A stretch of 64,000 nt of DNA from the human T2T-CHM13v2.0 reference genome, Homo sapiens: the NCBI RefSeq assembly GCF_009914755.1, contig NC_060926.1. The stretch is one strand, 5' to 3'. Positions within the stretch are counted from its first letter, which is position 1; each line of letters starts with the position of its first letter. Under the pieces are notes generated by a model. It did not search any database, was not told the DNA's origin, and saw only the letters and a program-made list of their open reading frames with translations. This document shows, piece after piece, positions 17,181 through 35,173 of the stretch. A program made the position numbers and the translations under genes.

Positions 17181-18203
17181 CTTTGTGGTTTTATCTACCT
17201 TCGGTCTTTGATGATGGTGACATACAGATGGGGTTTTGTTGTGGATGTCCTTTCTGTTTGTTAGTTTCCCATCTAACAGTCAGGACCCTCAGCTGTAGGT
17301 CTGTTGGAGTTTGCTGGAGGTCCACTCCAGACCCTGTTGCCTGGGTATCACCAGTGAAGGCTGCAGAACAGCAAATGTTGCTGAACAGCAAATGTTGCTG
17401 CCTGATCTTTCCTCTGGAAGCCTCATCTCAGAGGGGTACCTGGCCGTGTGAGGTTTCAGTCTGCCTCTACTGGGGGGTGCCTCCCAGTTAGGCTACTCGG
17501 GGTTTAGGGACCCACTTGAGGAGGCAGTCTGTCTGTTCTCAGATCTCAAACTCCCTGCTAGGAGAACCACTACTCTCTTCAAAGCTGTCAGACAGGGACA
17601 TTTAAGTCTGCAGAGGTTTCTGCTGCCTTTTGTTCAGCTATGCCCTGCCTCCAGAGGTGGAGTCTACAGAGGCAGGCAGGCCTCCTTGAGCTGCGGTGGG
17701 CTCCACCCAGTTCGAGCTTCCTGACTGCTTTGTCTACTCAAGCCTCAGCAATGGTGGGTGCCCCTCCCGCAGCCTTGCTGCTGCCTTGCAGTTCAATCTC
17801 CGACTGCTGTACTAGCAATGGGCAGGGCTCTGTGGGCGTGGGACCCTCCGAGCCAGGAGCGGGATATAATCTCCTGGTGTGCCGTTTGCTAAGATTGTTG
17901 GGAAAGCGCAGTATGAGGGTGGGAGTGACCCGATTTTCCAGGTGCTGTCTGTCACAGCTTTCCTTGGCTAGGAAAGGGAATTCCCTGACACCTTGCACTT
18001 CCCGGGTGAGGCAATGCCTTGCCCTGCTTCGGCTCATGCTCGATGGGCTGCACCCACTGTCCTGCACCCACTGTCCGACAAGCCCCAGTAAGATGAACCC
18101 GGTACCTCAGTTGGAAATGCAGAAATCACCTGTCTTCTGCATCGCTCAACGCTGGGAGCTGTAGACTGGAGCTGTTCCTATTTGGCCATCTTGTAACCAC
18201 CCC
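17181..18203. promoter_or_regulatory. L1 5'UTR with sense promoter (- strand) and antisense promoter (+ strand, same direction as EHBP1)
   Basis: Complete GC-rich 5'UTR with YY1 site (AAGATGGCC) near the 5' end; bidirectional promoter activity is established for primate L1 but not shown for this copy. Confidence 0.7.
17640..18164 (+). CDS. L1 ORF0 homolog, open and extended (174 aa; ORF0-type start at 17751, MVGAPPAALLLPCSSISDCC...)
   Basis: Uninterrupted frame; gcaATGg strong Kozak at 17751; ORF0 donor positions 106 and 191 map to 17856 and 17941; expression unknown. Confidence 0.5.
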   Translation: MPCLQRWSLQRQAGLLELRWAPPSSSFLTALSTQASAMVGAPPAALLLPCSSISDCCTSNGQGSVGVGPSEPGAGYNLLVCRLLRLLGKRSMRVGVTRFSRCCLSQLSLARKGNSLTPCTSRVRQCLALLRLMLDGLHPLSCTHCPTSPSKMNPVPQLEMQKSPVFCIAQRWEL

Positions 18204-18217
18204 CACTTTTTTCTTTT

Positions 18218-18700
18218 GTTCCTCTTCTAGGCAGTTCCCAACCCTCAGAGGTGAACACTGTTTTGATTTTCTGTTACCATAAGACTAGTGTTGCTTGTTC
18301 TTGAGTTTCATGTAAAATAGTACAGTAGTACAGTCAGGCTTGTTTCGCTTGACATAACGTTTTTGAGATTTGTTCATGGTGTTTTGTGTTTTGGTAGTTT
18401 ATTTGTTTATTGCTAAGTAGTATTCCTCCATGCAAATATACTACAATATGATTATCTCTTCCTGTGTTGATGAACATTTGTTTTTTTTTTCCAGTTTTTT
18501 ACTCTTGTGAATAAAGCTGCTATAGACATTATTGTACAAGTGTCTTTGGGGAAAAGTATTTTTTTATCTTGGGCATATCCCAAGGAAAGGCATAACCAGG
18601 TAATAGGGTAGGTTCATTTTTAACTTGTAAGAAATTGCCACGCACTCTCACCAGCAATATTGAAGAGTTTCAGTGGCCTCACATCCTGAGCAGCAGCATC
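18218..18700 (-). mobile_element. Old L1ME-type fragment, right part
   Basis: 'ccctcagaggtgaacactg...ttttgagatttgttcatg...gtgaataaagctgctatagacatt...caccagcaatat'. Confidence 0.65.
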
Positions 18701-19058
18701 TTTAAAGCATATGTTTATAGTTTGAGAGCATTATAATTTGAATGCCTTCTTACCATTAACATATGAGAAGGGGTTTTAAAAAGAAACATAACATTTGTTG
18801 GTCAATATAAGCTTTTGTGGGAAGGACCAATATAAGTTTATCCACTAAGTATAATAGGTGAATATGACTAGACCTATAAATTTTAGAAATAGCCTCTAAA
18901 TGTTTTTAGTTATCAACAAAAAACAATTTATCTCTTTTAATAATTAGCTTGAATGCCACATTCAGGGCTTGAAAAAAAATTAGATAGCAATTATTGTCTA
19001 AGAGAAAATGAGAAACATAAGGAAATGCGTTAGATTATAGGTCAATTAAGAATACCCT

Positions 19059-19192
19059 GGCTGGTTGTGGTGCTTCACGCCTGTAACCCTAGCACTTTGG
19101 AAGGCTGAGGCAGATGGATTACTGGAGTCCAAGAGTTTGAGACCGGCATGGGCGACATGGTGAAACCCCCTCTCTACAAAAAAAAAAAAAAA
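19059..19192 (+). mobile_element. FLAM_C-like Alu monomer
   Basis: Left monomer plus poly(A); TSD AAGAATACC. Confidence 0.85.
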
Positions 19193-19553
19193 GAATACCT
19201 ATATTTGATGTTTGATATTCTTTTTTATTTCATTGCATTTACATTGAAAAGATTGAAAAGTTAGTCAAATAATTTCTCTGTGAGGTCCAGATTCTTTTTC
19301 ATATTGTATCAAACATTGTTTGAATCCAGAATGCAAACATATGAGGCTACAGGTTGATTTTCATAGAATATAGTATTTTGTAGAAGAAATTACTTATTGT
19401 TGGATGAATTTTCCGTTTGTAATGCTCTTAACATTTTAAAATCTTTCCTGAATACGTTAGAATCATTGTGATTTCTCTTGAAACACAGATGTACTTCTTG
19501 TGAAAAGTTAGTATGATGCAGTATGTTCATGTATTTATGAAAATGCTGTTTTA

Positions 19554-19856
<303 letters not shown>

Positions 19857-20212
19857 GACAGAAAATGCTGTTTTATAAATTGTACATAATAAGCTAAATA
19901 GGGAAATAAAAATAAGTTCCAGAAACTATGAAGGAAATGATTATATTATTATAAAAGTTAAGCAACTGAAAAAGAAATCTTGAGAGTGAGATCCATGACA
20001 TTTCAGAATGATTGAAAAACATTTGTTTCCAGCTGCTAAGTTAGGTATCAGTTACGTTAAATCTAAAGACTAGAACCACTTTTTATTGTGAAAGACCTTT
20101 CTGTTTTCTGATGCTTTTCCTTTAAAATATACGTTACTTGCTGCTAAGTACCACTGAACTCACATAGGAGGAACAAATCTCTGCAACTGTTGGTCAGAAA
20201 ATATATATATAT

Positions 20213-20400
20213 TTTAAGACAGGATCTTACTTGTTGCCCAGGCTAGAGTGCAGTGGTATGATCACAGCACTGCAGCCTTGACATCCCTGGGCTCAGGTGA
20301 TCCTCTGACCTCAGCCTCCCAGGCAGCTGGAGAGGCGTGCACCACCATGCTGGGCTAATTTTTTGTTTTTTTGTAGAGATGGGATTTACCATGTTGCGCA
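20213..20400 (-). mobile_element. Truncated AluJ
   Basis: Right arm plus part of the left arm, reverse strand. Confidence 0.8.
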
Positions 20401-20444
20401 GCTAGCAGAATATATTCTAGTTTTTACTTTGTACTATGTTTTAG

Positions 20445-20804
<360 letters not shown>

Positions 20805-20921
20805 TAATCATTTCTTTTTGGCATCTGTGTAGCTTACTATTTTTCTTTACTGATTCTCAGTATATTATCTATTTTTATTTTTAAAAATTTAGAATTGACA
20901 CCCAGATAGGTCAGTTCATTA

Positions 20922-21104
<183 letters not shown>

Positions 21105-21130
21105 TCAGTTTATTGCTCACTCTTTTTTGA

Positions 21131-21474
<344 letters not shown>

Positions 21475-22452
21475 CTAGAATAATTTTTGATTGAGAGAAT
21501 AATTACCCTGAGTAGTTAACACAATATGCAGCTTCCCTTCCTCTTCTCTTTAAGTCATGGCTTTTATAACAAAGATTTTTGTCAGGCTGCAATTGATTTG
21601 TATATGCTTAAATAAATTATGTTTCAGTACAATATGTGACAGTATTGGAATCAGGGCAGTTAGGATAGACCAGAAAAATTATGGCAGAGTAGTTATGTTG
21701 CCCTAAATCCTGTTATCTTATTAGAAATTTAGGCTCACAGAGAGGTTGGAGAATTCCAAAAAGAAACCATAACTTTAAAATCCTCACCAATTTTTTTTCA
21801 TGGCATTACCACCTTTACTTCCTTGCTCTGTGGTTGTGCTACAGCCTTTGCAATGTGCTACCATTTCAAGAAGGAGAGTACAGCTAGCTGCAGAGCTTTG
21901 CCTAATGACAGTTATGTTGACAACTCTAAGATGACTTTATATATGACATCTTATGTGGATATATGCAGTTTTAAAAATTGAAAATTGTCAGTTTAAAAAC
22001 TATATGGCATTTGTAAATTTTCACTGAAATATTTCAATTTTACAGGAATCAGAAATAACGAATGATTGCTAACTCTGTACTTAGTTCTGTACTAGGTACA
22101 CGTTTTTTAGGTAAGAATATGACATGAAATAATTAGCGAATGAGACAGTTTATAGAGTCACCCAAAATTGAGAAGTGTTGCCTTTTTCCAAGTTGGTTTT
22201 TGGCAGATGTCAAAGGATCTTTGATGTGACTTGAAATGTGAGGAAAATTGTAGAAGGGGACCAGGATAATGTATCCTAACTTTTTCTGCCATTAGCTGTA
22301 CTAGGATATTGGCAAATGATTAAATAATCTGCCTTTCCTAACTATACTAAGGAGCCAAATGGCTGTATGTGTGTTCCTGTGCCTACTTATTTTATAGGGA
22401 AATCCTTTCTATTACTCAGAATGAAAAATGATCAGGGCTCTCATAGTGCTGA

Positions 22453-22770
<318 letters not shown>

Positions 22771-23045
22771 AGTGGTGTGCTTTTTCCTATATCAACCTCT
22801 TAAAAACCTAAATTAGTGTCTCTGTGGGTTAGTACAATTAGATATTTATTACCATAACTCTTTCTAGTTACCTGTATTAAACTTGTCATTCTTTTTCTAG
22901 GTTCAGATTACCACTGTTTGAGGTAAAAGTTGTAGTAAATTCTTAGAAAACAGTAACACTATTTTTTTTTGGTCAGATTTTCCACTTTGAATGTCCTTGG
23001 TTTCTTCTCTGGTGAAACTTACTGATCCTCTGCTTTCTACTAGTA

Positions 23046-23279
23046 CAGTTGTCCCTAGGTATATACGGGGGATTGGTTCCAGGACCCCTGTGTATACTGA
23101 AATCTGCACATAAAGTCCTGAAGATGGCCCTGTGGAACTTGCATATGTGAAAAGTCAGCCCTCCACATATGCAGGTTTTGCATCTTGTGCACACTGATTT
23201 TGGTCTGCTTTTGGTTGAAAAAAAATCTGCATGTAAGTGGAACTGTGCAGTTCATACCTGTGTTGTTCAAGGCCAACTG
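23046..23279 (+). mobile_element. MER8 (TcMar-Tigger) MITE
   Basis: TA|CAGTTGTCCCT...GGGGATTGGTTCCAGGACCCC...GTTCAAGGCCAACTG|TA. Confidence 0.85.
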
Positions 23280-24689
23280 TAAATAATAATTAGCTAAACG
23301 ATAGAAAGCTGGCCCTGACTGTACTCATTGTCAGCTATTTAGCTAGACTAATTGATACTATTACAGTGTCTTAACTCAGCCAGGTTGTACAGCCCCAGAA
23401 GGAATATCAAAAAGCCAGAACTCGGTTAGACCTTTTTGTTGGGAGAGAGTTCCTGGATAGAATGGTAAGAAAGAAGCAGTGTACTAGCAACTTAGGAACT
23501 AGCATACTAATGTCTCCTTTTATTAATCATAATAAAAAGATTTTAGTTTGTTAAGCAGATTGTATTTTTGTTTGTTCAGCAGTCTAATTACTATTCCCTG
23601 ATCCAGGACTGAGGATTTAGAGGACCAAGCTTTAGGATACCTGAGGAAATTATCTGAAGCTATCATCTCCTAACTCTGCCCAGTTGTTAGACGGTCTCCG
23701 TATTCCCTGCTTTTCCCACTTTTGATCACTGTGTCATACACTGAAATATTAAGTCCTAAGGGATAGAAGACTATTTTCTTGACTACCATGCAAATCAGAG
23801 ATAGAGCAGGGCATGATATGGGTTTGGTGAGTCATGGAGTCTGGGCTCTCCTCCTGGTTGCTAGTATGAGTTCATGCAAACCATTTACTCTTTGCTTGCT
23901 TCAATTTCCTTATCCAGATCTGAATTAGATCTAAAGATATTTTCAGGTCTAAAAATCTCTGATGGGTATTTTTCATTGAGAATTTAATAGGTAGCCTTGT
24001 CTTTTCTGCTGGGGATGATTAGAAAGATTCAGTGATTACACTCTTTTTCTAACATTTTTATTGCATGGAACAACTATGAAAATTTAATTGTGGGAAGCTT
24101 GAAGAGACCAGAAAAACAGCTTGATTAACCATAAGAGTTAAGGTTGTTATAAGTTTTCAGAATTAAGTATGTGGAGTTTTAATTGAGTATTAAGAGTGGA
24201 GTTTTGATTGATTATCTAGGGTGCACAGAAATTTACTTTTCAAAATGGAGATTGTTTACTTTGTGGAGTTTTTGTTTTAGGGCTGTCAACAGACATGGAA
24301 ATAGGGGACTAGAGAAATCTCTGGAGAGATGTTTTTTAATCAAGAAAACTCTGTTCTGTACCTTTCACTATGGTATGCTAAGTCTCGTGATGAGCCTCTG
24401 TTTCCATCTCTGTACCTGAAGTTTTGTGACAGGGTGGCAATAGAAAGAGAATAGAGGGAGAATTATTGACAATTCATAAGTTGGATTTGGTGTACACTGT
24501 TAAACCTGTATCTTCTTTTGGCATTTTAACTAGTAAGATGTGATAAGATTTGCATGGACCTAAGTTTACCTAATCTTGATCCCTTCTCGGTTCCTTGGCC
24601 CAGGTTCAAATCAAATTCTGCTACTTACTTTCTGTGTGATCTTGGGCAAGTTTGTCCCTCAGTTTTTCAATCTGTTAAATCTGCTGCCT

Positions 24690-26478
24690 GACTTGCATCT
24701 GCACTCATATACTGTAACTTCTTTTTCTATTATTATGGAAGAATGGTCTGTGCTTCCAGGAAGGATCAATCTGTCTTATTGTATACTGTTAAGGACATTA
24801 GCAATTCTCCCTTCTCTCTTCTGCATCATTAGATTTTCCCTCTCAACTGAATATTTCCCATCAGCATAAAATATTTTTCTCTTCTTAAAATTCTCTTCTG
24901 CAACGATTTTCTCCACTAGCGCCAACCTGTTTCTTTTCCTTTCAGCAAAACACCCCAGAGGAGTTGAGTATATTTGCTCTCTTCAATTTGTTTCTTCCCA
25001 TTCTTTCTTAAATTCATTCCAGTCAGGTCTTTGTTCTCGTCACTTTACTGAAACTGCTCTTGTAAAGTTATTAATGCCTTCTCAAACTCATACTCCTGGG
25101 CTCAAGCTATCCTCCCACCTCAGCCTCCCAAGTAGCTGGGATTCCAGGCATCAGCCACTGTACCTGGCCTTATTAATGGCTTCTGCTTTGTTAAACCCAG
25201 TGACCGTTTTTCAGGCCTCATCCTATTTGACTTGTCATCAACATTTGGCACAGGTGATTGTTCTCTTCTTGAAACACTCTTACCACTAGACTTTCAGGAT
25301 GCCACACTTTTGCTTCAACTGATGGGCCTTTGCTGGCTTCTTCATTTTCTTGACCTGTTTAATGTTTTTCTCCGAGACTTAGTCTTTGGAGCTTTATATT
25401 CTTTATCTGTACTCACTCCCTTGGTATTATCTGTATTCTTAAACTTTAAATATTACCTGTATGCTGACAGTTCCCAAATTTGCAGCTCCAGACACGTAAT
25501 CCAGCTGCTTATTTGAACATCCACCCTTGAATATCTAAGAGGCAACTCATATTTAATGTGTGTGAAATGGAGCTTCTGAACTTATTTCCCAAATCTGTCC
25601 TTTCTATAGTCTTGCCTCCTATCTGTTAATAGCAATTCCTTTCTTCTATAAGGTAGAAGCCTTAGAATCAGCCTTGGCTACTTTCTTTGTCTCTTATAAT
25701 CAGGCAGCACATCTTGTGGACTCTACCTAGAAAATATAAAAAGATACCCAGAATCTGGCTCCTTTGTACCACTTTTCTACCACCCCAAGCCAAGTAACCA
25801 TCACATCTCCCTTGGATTATTGCAGTCGCTTTTTAATTGATCTCCCTGTTTCTCTCTTATGTTTGGAACCTGTTCTCAAAACATTAGCCAATATAAGCCT
25901 GTTGAAATATATTAGATTGTCATTCCTCTCCTTGAAACCCTCCAGTGGCTTCCCATTTCACTCAAAATATAAGTCAATATCTTTGCAATGACCTACCAGG
26001 GCCTTATATGATTGGACCCTCCTTTATTTCTCTGGCCTTGTGTCTTACTGCTATCCTCTTGACCACTCTGTTCCAGCCACATTGCCCTCTTTATTATATA
26101 AGAGCCTCAGCACCTTTCCAGTTGCTGGTTTTTCTCCCTAGATACCTCTTTTCATGCATTTACATGTGTGATTCCTTTACCTTGTTTTGTTTTTGGCCTT
26201 CTCTCAAGTGTCATCTTCTCAATGAAGTCTTCTCTAAGCACCCTATTGAAAAATATTACCTTTTCTTACCCCCAGTTCTTCTTCCCTACTTTTTTTTCAC
26301 TACAGCACTTACCTCTACCTAACATATTATATATTTTTCTTAATTGTTCTGTTTGTGTTCTCTTCCTACTGTATTGTAAACTCCCCCAAGGCAGATTGTT
26401 TTTCACTCCTCCAGGGCCTAGAACAGTGCTTGGCAGATAGTATCAATTAAGCAAATGAGTGAATGAATGAATGAATAA
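24690..26478 (+). mobile_element. L2 (L2a-like) 3' portion
   Basis: Pyrimidine-rich L2 motifs ('ctgaaactgctcttgtaaag', 'tatgctgacagttcccaaatt', 'ggattattgcag'), ending in (TGAA)n. Confidence 0.8.
25079..25169 (-). mobile_element. FLAM/Alu monomer fragment inside L2
   Basis: 'ctcctgggctcaagc...agccactgtacctggcc' flanked by TTATTAATG repeats. Confidence 0.75.
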
Positions 26479-26479
26479 T

Positions 26480-26590
26480 AGAAGAACATCATAAGGTTCT
26501 TATGTAGATTAAATGAGTTTAACATAAGTAAATTCTTAAGACATGGACCGGCACATAGAAAGTACTCTGTAAGTGTTAGCTTTTATTATA
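26480..26590 (+). mobile_element. MIR 3' fragment
   Basis: 'agattaaatgagtttaacataagtaaa...ggcacatagaaagtactc'. Confidence 0.6.
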
Positions 26591-27213
26591 ATTTTCATAG
26601 CATGTCCATGGACAGTCCTGTAGCCAATAGAGGTGAAGACTTAGTTGAGTTGAGATGTCTTGGCATGCCATCTTCCATTAGCTCAACTTTGACTAGAAGT
26701 TCCACAAAGGAAGAACTATGGTGGTTACCCCCAAATTTTGGAGTGTGGAGGTTCCTTAGGGAACCTTGATAATCAAGATTTACAAGGAAAAAAATACCTA
26801 TAATTATCAGTAACTAGGAATATTACCTGGAGAAACTGATGCTGTTCTTTATCTGCCCCAAATAAACATTACAGTTTAGTGGGAAATGAACTTAAATGCA
26901 AAGTTATACAGTTAGTTTTTTCTTTTAAAGTATGAATTTGTCTTAAAGTTCCTAGTCCACAAAAATAATTTTTAAAATATCTCTTCTAATAAAATACTTT
27001 AAACAGATAGTAGCTTTTGAAAACATGAGACATCATGTTTTCATCATTTTTGCATGTTCTTCTGTGTGTATGAGGGGATAAAGATTTGTTTACAGATAGT
27101 AATCTGTAGCTGTCATATGATATAACTATCTTGGCCCAAGCTTAATGCTTGAAAAGTTTTATTTGATTAAGCATTTTTGTTTCAGGGATACTACATAGGG
27201 TCAATATACCATT

Positions 27214-27328
27214 GTAAATTACTAACATTGCATTTCCTGTACTTCATATTGAAGGTATCATTTTATTCTGGTAAATTACTAACATTGCATTTCCCATACT
27301 TCATATTGAAGGTATCATTTTTATTCTG
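27214..27328 (+). repeat. 57/58-bp tandem duplication directly upstream of the exon acceptor
   Basis: 27214-27270 and 27271-27328 nearly identical (gtaaattactaacattgcatttcc...ttattctg). Confidence 0.95.
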
Positions 27329-27332
27329 GTAG

Positions 27333-27428
27333 GCACATAGCTGGCAACCTGGAATAAAAAATCCCTATCGTGGTGTTGTTGTGTGGCCTGTTCCTGAAAA
27401 CATTGAAATCACTGTAACACTTTTTAAG
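27333..27428 (+). CDS. EHBP1: EHBP1 internal coding exon (probably exon 4): AHSWQPGIKNPYRGVVVWPVPENIEITVTLFK
   Basis: ttattctggtag| acceptor, AAG|gtaagt donor; 96 nt, phase 0-0; continues the previous exon in frame. Confidence 0.96.
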
Positions 27429-28639
27429 GTAAGTTCCATTTTTATAGGCTATAGAATTTATTATATAACCAGGGTACCAAATGACAGAATATTTCAGTGT
27501 TCATTGTTCTATACATTTGTGTCCAGTCTGGTACCTACTGTGCATTATTTTTAGGGACATAGCAATTTATAACAATGCAAAGGAATCACAGTATTTCATG
27601 GTTTATAAAGTCGGGGATCTTCTTGAACTTATTACAATTCAGATCAGCTGACATAGTTCTTTTACCACTTCCTACACTCTACCCACAGAAAACTGTAAAA
27701 TGCCTTCCCTGTGGAAAGCTGAGGAGTGTGGAATTCTGAGTCTTGACCTTCATTTTGTTAGCCTTGTTTGATAAAAGAATGCTTTAAAATTAGTATATTA
27801 TAAATATCTTATTAATGTTAATGTAACAAGATGTGTTTTAAATTGATATTTGATAAATATTTTATTGATATTAGTATTTATAAGTGTTGCTGCTTAAAGG
27901 CAAAATGCTGGTTGTAAATTCAAAGCACCTCATAGAGGAGGTGCTTTTTAAGAAAGTTATCAGTATGTTTAATTTTTCTGTGATTTAACCAAAAATTAAT
28001 TTCTTTAGCCTGCTTTTGAGATTTGAGTTAAATTGAAAATAGCTGTTTCCAGTAAATTTTTTTTTAAAAAGACCTTTAGGATTTTGAGAAGGACAATGGC
28101 TCTTCAAGCTATTTTTAATTTTTCTCTTTAGTGCAGTGCTAAGAAAGGAGACAGTAGAGGGAGAGTAGGATATAAAAAAAGGCTTAATTGAATTACGCTA
28201 GAAGCAATTCTCATTACAAATGTTTTTGTCTGCTCAGTAATATGGTTAATTATGTAGAGATACCATTTTTAAGTGCCTTGGAAATGAACATCATTGCTGC
28301 TTATTTTACATCTTTTTACTGACTTGGCCCTATAAGATGTGCCTCTTGGTCTCATTAAAATTATTCTTTGGTAAAAATTATTTTAGGGATAATACATTAT
28401 CTGTGCTTTAAAACGTATTTCATTGCTTTAAGAGTTAATATATGTCATATGTATATGGTGCTGTTAAATATTTATTAATTTATAAGATATATATTCATTA
28501 CTTCATTAATCCAATATTCTTGAGAGCCTTGCTATGTGCCAGGTACTTTTCTAGATCCTGGGGGCACAGTGCCTACACTGAATTAACAAAGTGGGTAAAA
28601 GTCAGACAGACCTGGAACAGCAACATAGCTTAAACACTA

Positions 28640-28800
28640 GTTGTGCATTGTGGGAAGCTGCATCTCTTAGGTTTCATTTTTCTGCTCTGTTAAATGGGAG
28701 TGAAGATAGTACCTATCTCATAGGTTGCTATGATGAGTAAAACACTTAGCACAAGAACTGGGACATGGTGTTGCTCAGTAAATATTTTATATTATTATTT
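28640..28800 (+). mobile_element. MIR
   Basis: 'ctgttaaatgggagtgaagatagtacctatctcataggttgct...ctcagtaaat'. Confidence 0.65.
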
Positions 28801-30482
28801 TGATACTAACTGTGCTGGAGCTGTGCTGCATTCCTCAAAATACAAAATGAGAGGGGAGGGATAGGCAGGGAGAATGGTATGATGTCTCCCCTGCATTGCA
28901 TCACACTGTATTACTTGCTTTCTAAAGTAGTACTCTCTGTGTCCTAAGTGCATCATGGAAAAGCTCTTTCAACCTTTATATACAATTCTTTTTCTCCTTA
29001 AAACCAGTTTATTGGCAGAGCCAGCTGAGGAAGCAAATATTAAGTATATTTTTTCCACTTCCCTTTTCTTTCTACCCTTTCCCTGTTCACCACCACCAAA
29101 GAAACTTATTTTGGCAGGTTTTTATCCTACCTATGTGAATTTACTCATAAAAATAGTTGCTTCAATACAGCTCAAACTCAGCCAGCTGCCATGCTATTAT
29201 ACTAGAAAATGAGTAAACAGACATAAGAAGTAACTAAGGAGTTTGGAATTTATCTCATAAGTTGTAGGGGTTGTTAAAGAAATCTGAGTTGGTACTCATA
29301 TGGTCAGAACTGTGGTTTGGGAGAATTAATCTGTGTACAAGATTGAATGGAGATCAGAGAGACCGAGAGAATGCTGCAGTCACGTTCATCTTGAAATAGC
29401 CTAGGTACGATCTCAACTATGGCAATAGAAATAGAAGATCATTAGTAGACCAAAGTGGAATCAATCATAAATAAGATGTTTCTCTTTGAGAAACATGGGA
29501 CCTGAGAGACCCAGTAGGGAAATATCAGAGTCCATCTCCCATCCGTGTATGCTCAATCTTAGAGTGCAATGTTGAGCCAAAAGCATACTTTATCGAGATA
29601 ATCTCTCATTCTCTTGATACCTCCATTCCTACCTCACTTCTGATACATGGAGTGGACTTGAGTAAGTTAAATGGGCATGTAATGTGACCCCACTACTTTT
29701 CTCTGTTTCTTGTACTTTGTTGCCTTTTGCCTTTACTTACTCTAAAATCTGTGGAAATCTTACATAATCCCACCCAGCCCAGATGTTTTCTCTTTCATGA
29801 AGTTTTTCTTGTTCATTCTTGTAAGAAGTAGTATGTCATTTTCTAATCTCTGGTAAAATCATTTATTTCATTCATCATACATTTATTTGGATTTAGAACT
29901 ACTGTGTTTGTCTTTGAAGGCAAGGACAACTGTCTTTGAATCCATGTAACATCTCTACAATCCCTTATATACTAAGTCCCCCATAAATATTTCTCAAATA
30001 AATGCTTGCAAAAGTGTGCTTCATTAAAAAAAAAAAAAAAAAAAAAAGGTTGCATTTGGTTGTAAGATCCATTACCCTTTCTCAGGTTTCTAAGGTATTT
30101 CTGGGGTTAATGAGGGAGAGGTAAGAGGAAGGGCATCAGTAGCCCCGCTGATTTGCCATTTTGTCTAGATTATCAAGTCCCTTTTAGTGCTTTGAAATTC
30201 CAGCTGTTTATTTAACCTCTGCACTGAAGAAAACGTTGCCGCTAGCGGTACTTTTAAGATACATACAGGTATAAAAATGAAGGCAGGGCTTTATGTTAGC
30301 ATTTAATATCTTAATAAGCTGCTTCTTAATAGTACATTTACTGGTTTATCTGTCTCTGATCAGGTAGAGTTAGTGATGGAAGATAGTGATATGCATCAAC
30401 AAAAATAAAATAGAGGATTTCTTAATATTAAATAATGATTATAATTTAGATAAATTATGGAAGTATTATAAAAGTAGGGTAT

Positions 30483-34268
<3,786 letters not shown>

Positions 34269-34405
34269 AAGAGTAGGCTATTCTGCCTCTCCATTTTTAA
34301 AAGCTAGTAAAAGCTAAAAACAAGGCTATATGTATTTTCTTAATTGGGTTTATTGGACTAAAGACATGTATTTCAATTCCATTTCATATTTTGCTTTTGT
34401 TACAG

Positions 34406-34459
34406 GATCCTCATGCGGAAGAATTTGAAGACAAAGAGTGGACATTTGTCATAGAAAAT
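34406..34459 (+). CDS. EHBP1: EHBP1 internal coding exon (probably exon 5): DPHAEEFEDKEWTFVIEN
   Basis: tttgttacag| acceptor, AAT|gtaagc donor; 54 nt, phase 0-0. Confidence 0.96.
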
Positions 34460-34675
34460 GTAAGCTAATGGCAAATTCCTTCACCTTTCACATTTTCAAC
34501 TTTATATATGCATTATTAAGGTACATTGGCATTTTGGTGGTAGGAAAAATGTTGCCTTAAGAAAATTAAATAGTGATTTGTAGCTTTTAGAATGTTTTTA
34601 ATGAAATGATAGCCAGTAACAAAATTATTTGTAAGAAATGCTTTTATTAACACTGTAAGTCTTCAATACTAAATT

Positions 34676-34741
34676 GTATGTATGTTTGTATGTATGCGTG
34701 TGTATATGTGTATTATATATATAAAAAATATATATATATAT
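34676..34741. repeat. Degenerate (TG/TA)n microsatellite
   Basis: gtatgtatg...tatatatata. Confidence 0.7.
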
Positions 34742-34893
34742 TCTGTTTGGGGTTTAAGGGCAAGCCCATGTCTTACTCATCTTTTTATCTGTCAGCATCT
34801 AGCATAGTGCTTATCACATAGCAGATACTCATCTAAACATGTGTTGGATGGAACCATGAATGACCTTTGAAATCTTTAAAAATAAAGTATGTG

Positions 34894-35172
<279 letters not shown>

Positions 35173-35173
<1 letters not shown>

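Noticed and set aside
22901-22922. 22-nt microexon (ttttctag|...GAG|gtaaaa)
   Set aside because: Non-triplet length, moderate donor and no clear branch point or UGC microexon element
27214-27328. CRISPR-like or minisatellite array
   Set aside because: Only two adjacent copies with no spacers; eukaryotic intron
30026-30047. Isolated A22 run as a poly(A)-only insertion or processed-pseudogene tail
   Set aside because: No TSD or recognisable upstream body; treated as a mononucleotide microsatellite
30239-30248. CpG-containing palindrome CCGCTAGCGG
   Set aside because: 10-bp palindromes are expected by chance in 64 kb; no supporting context
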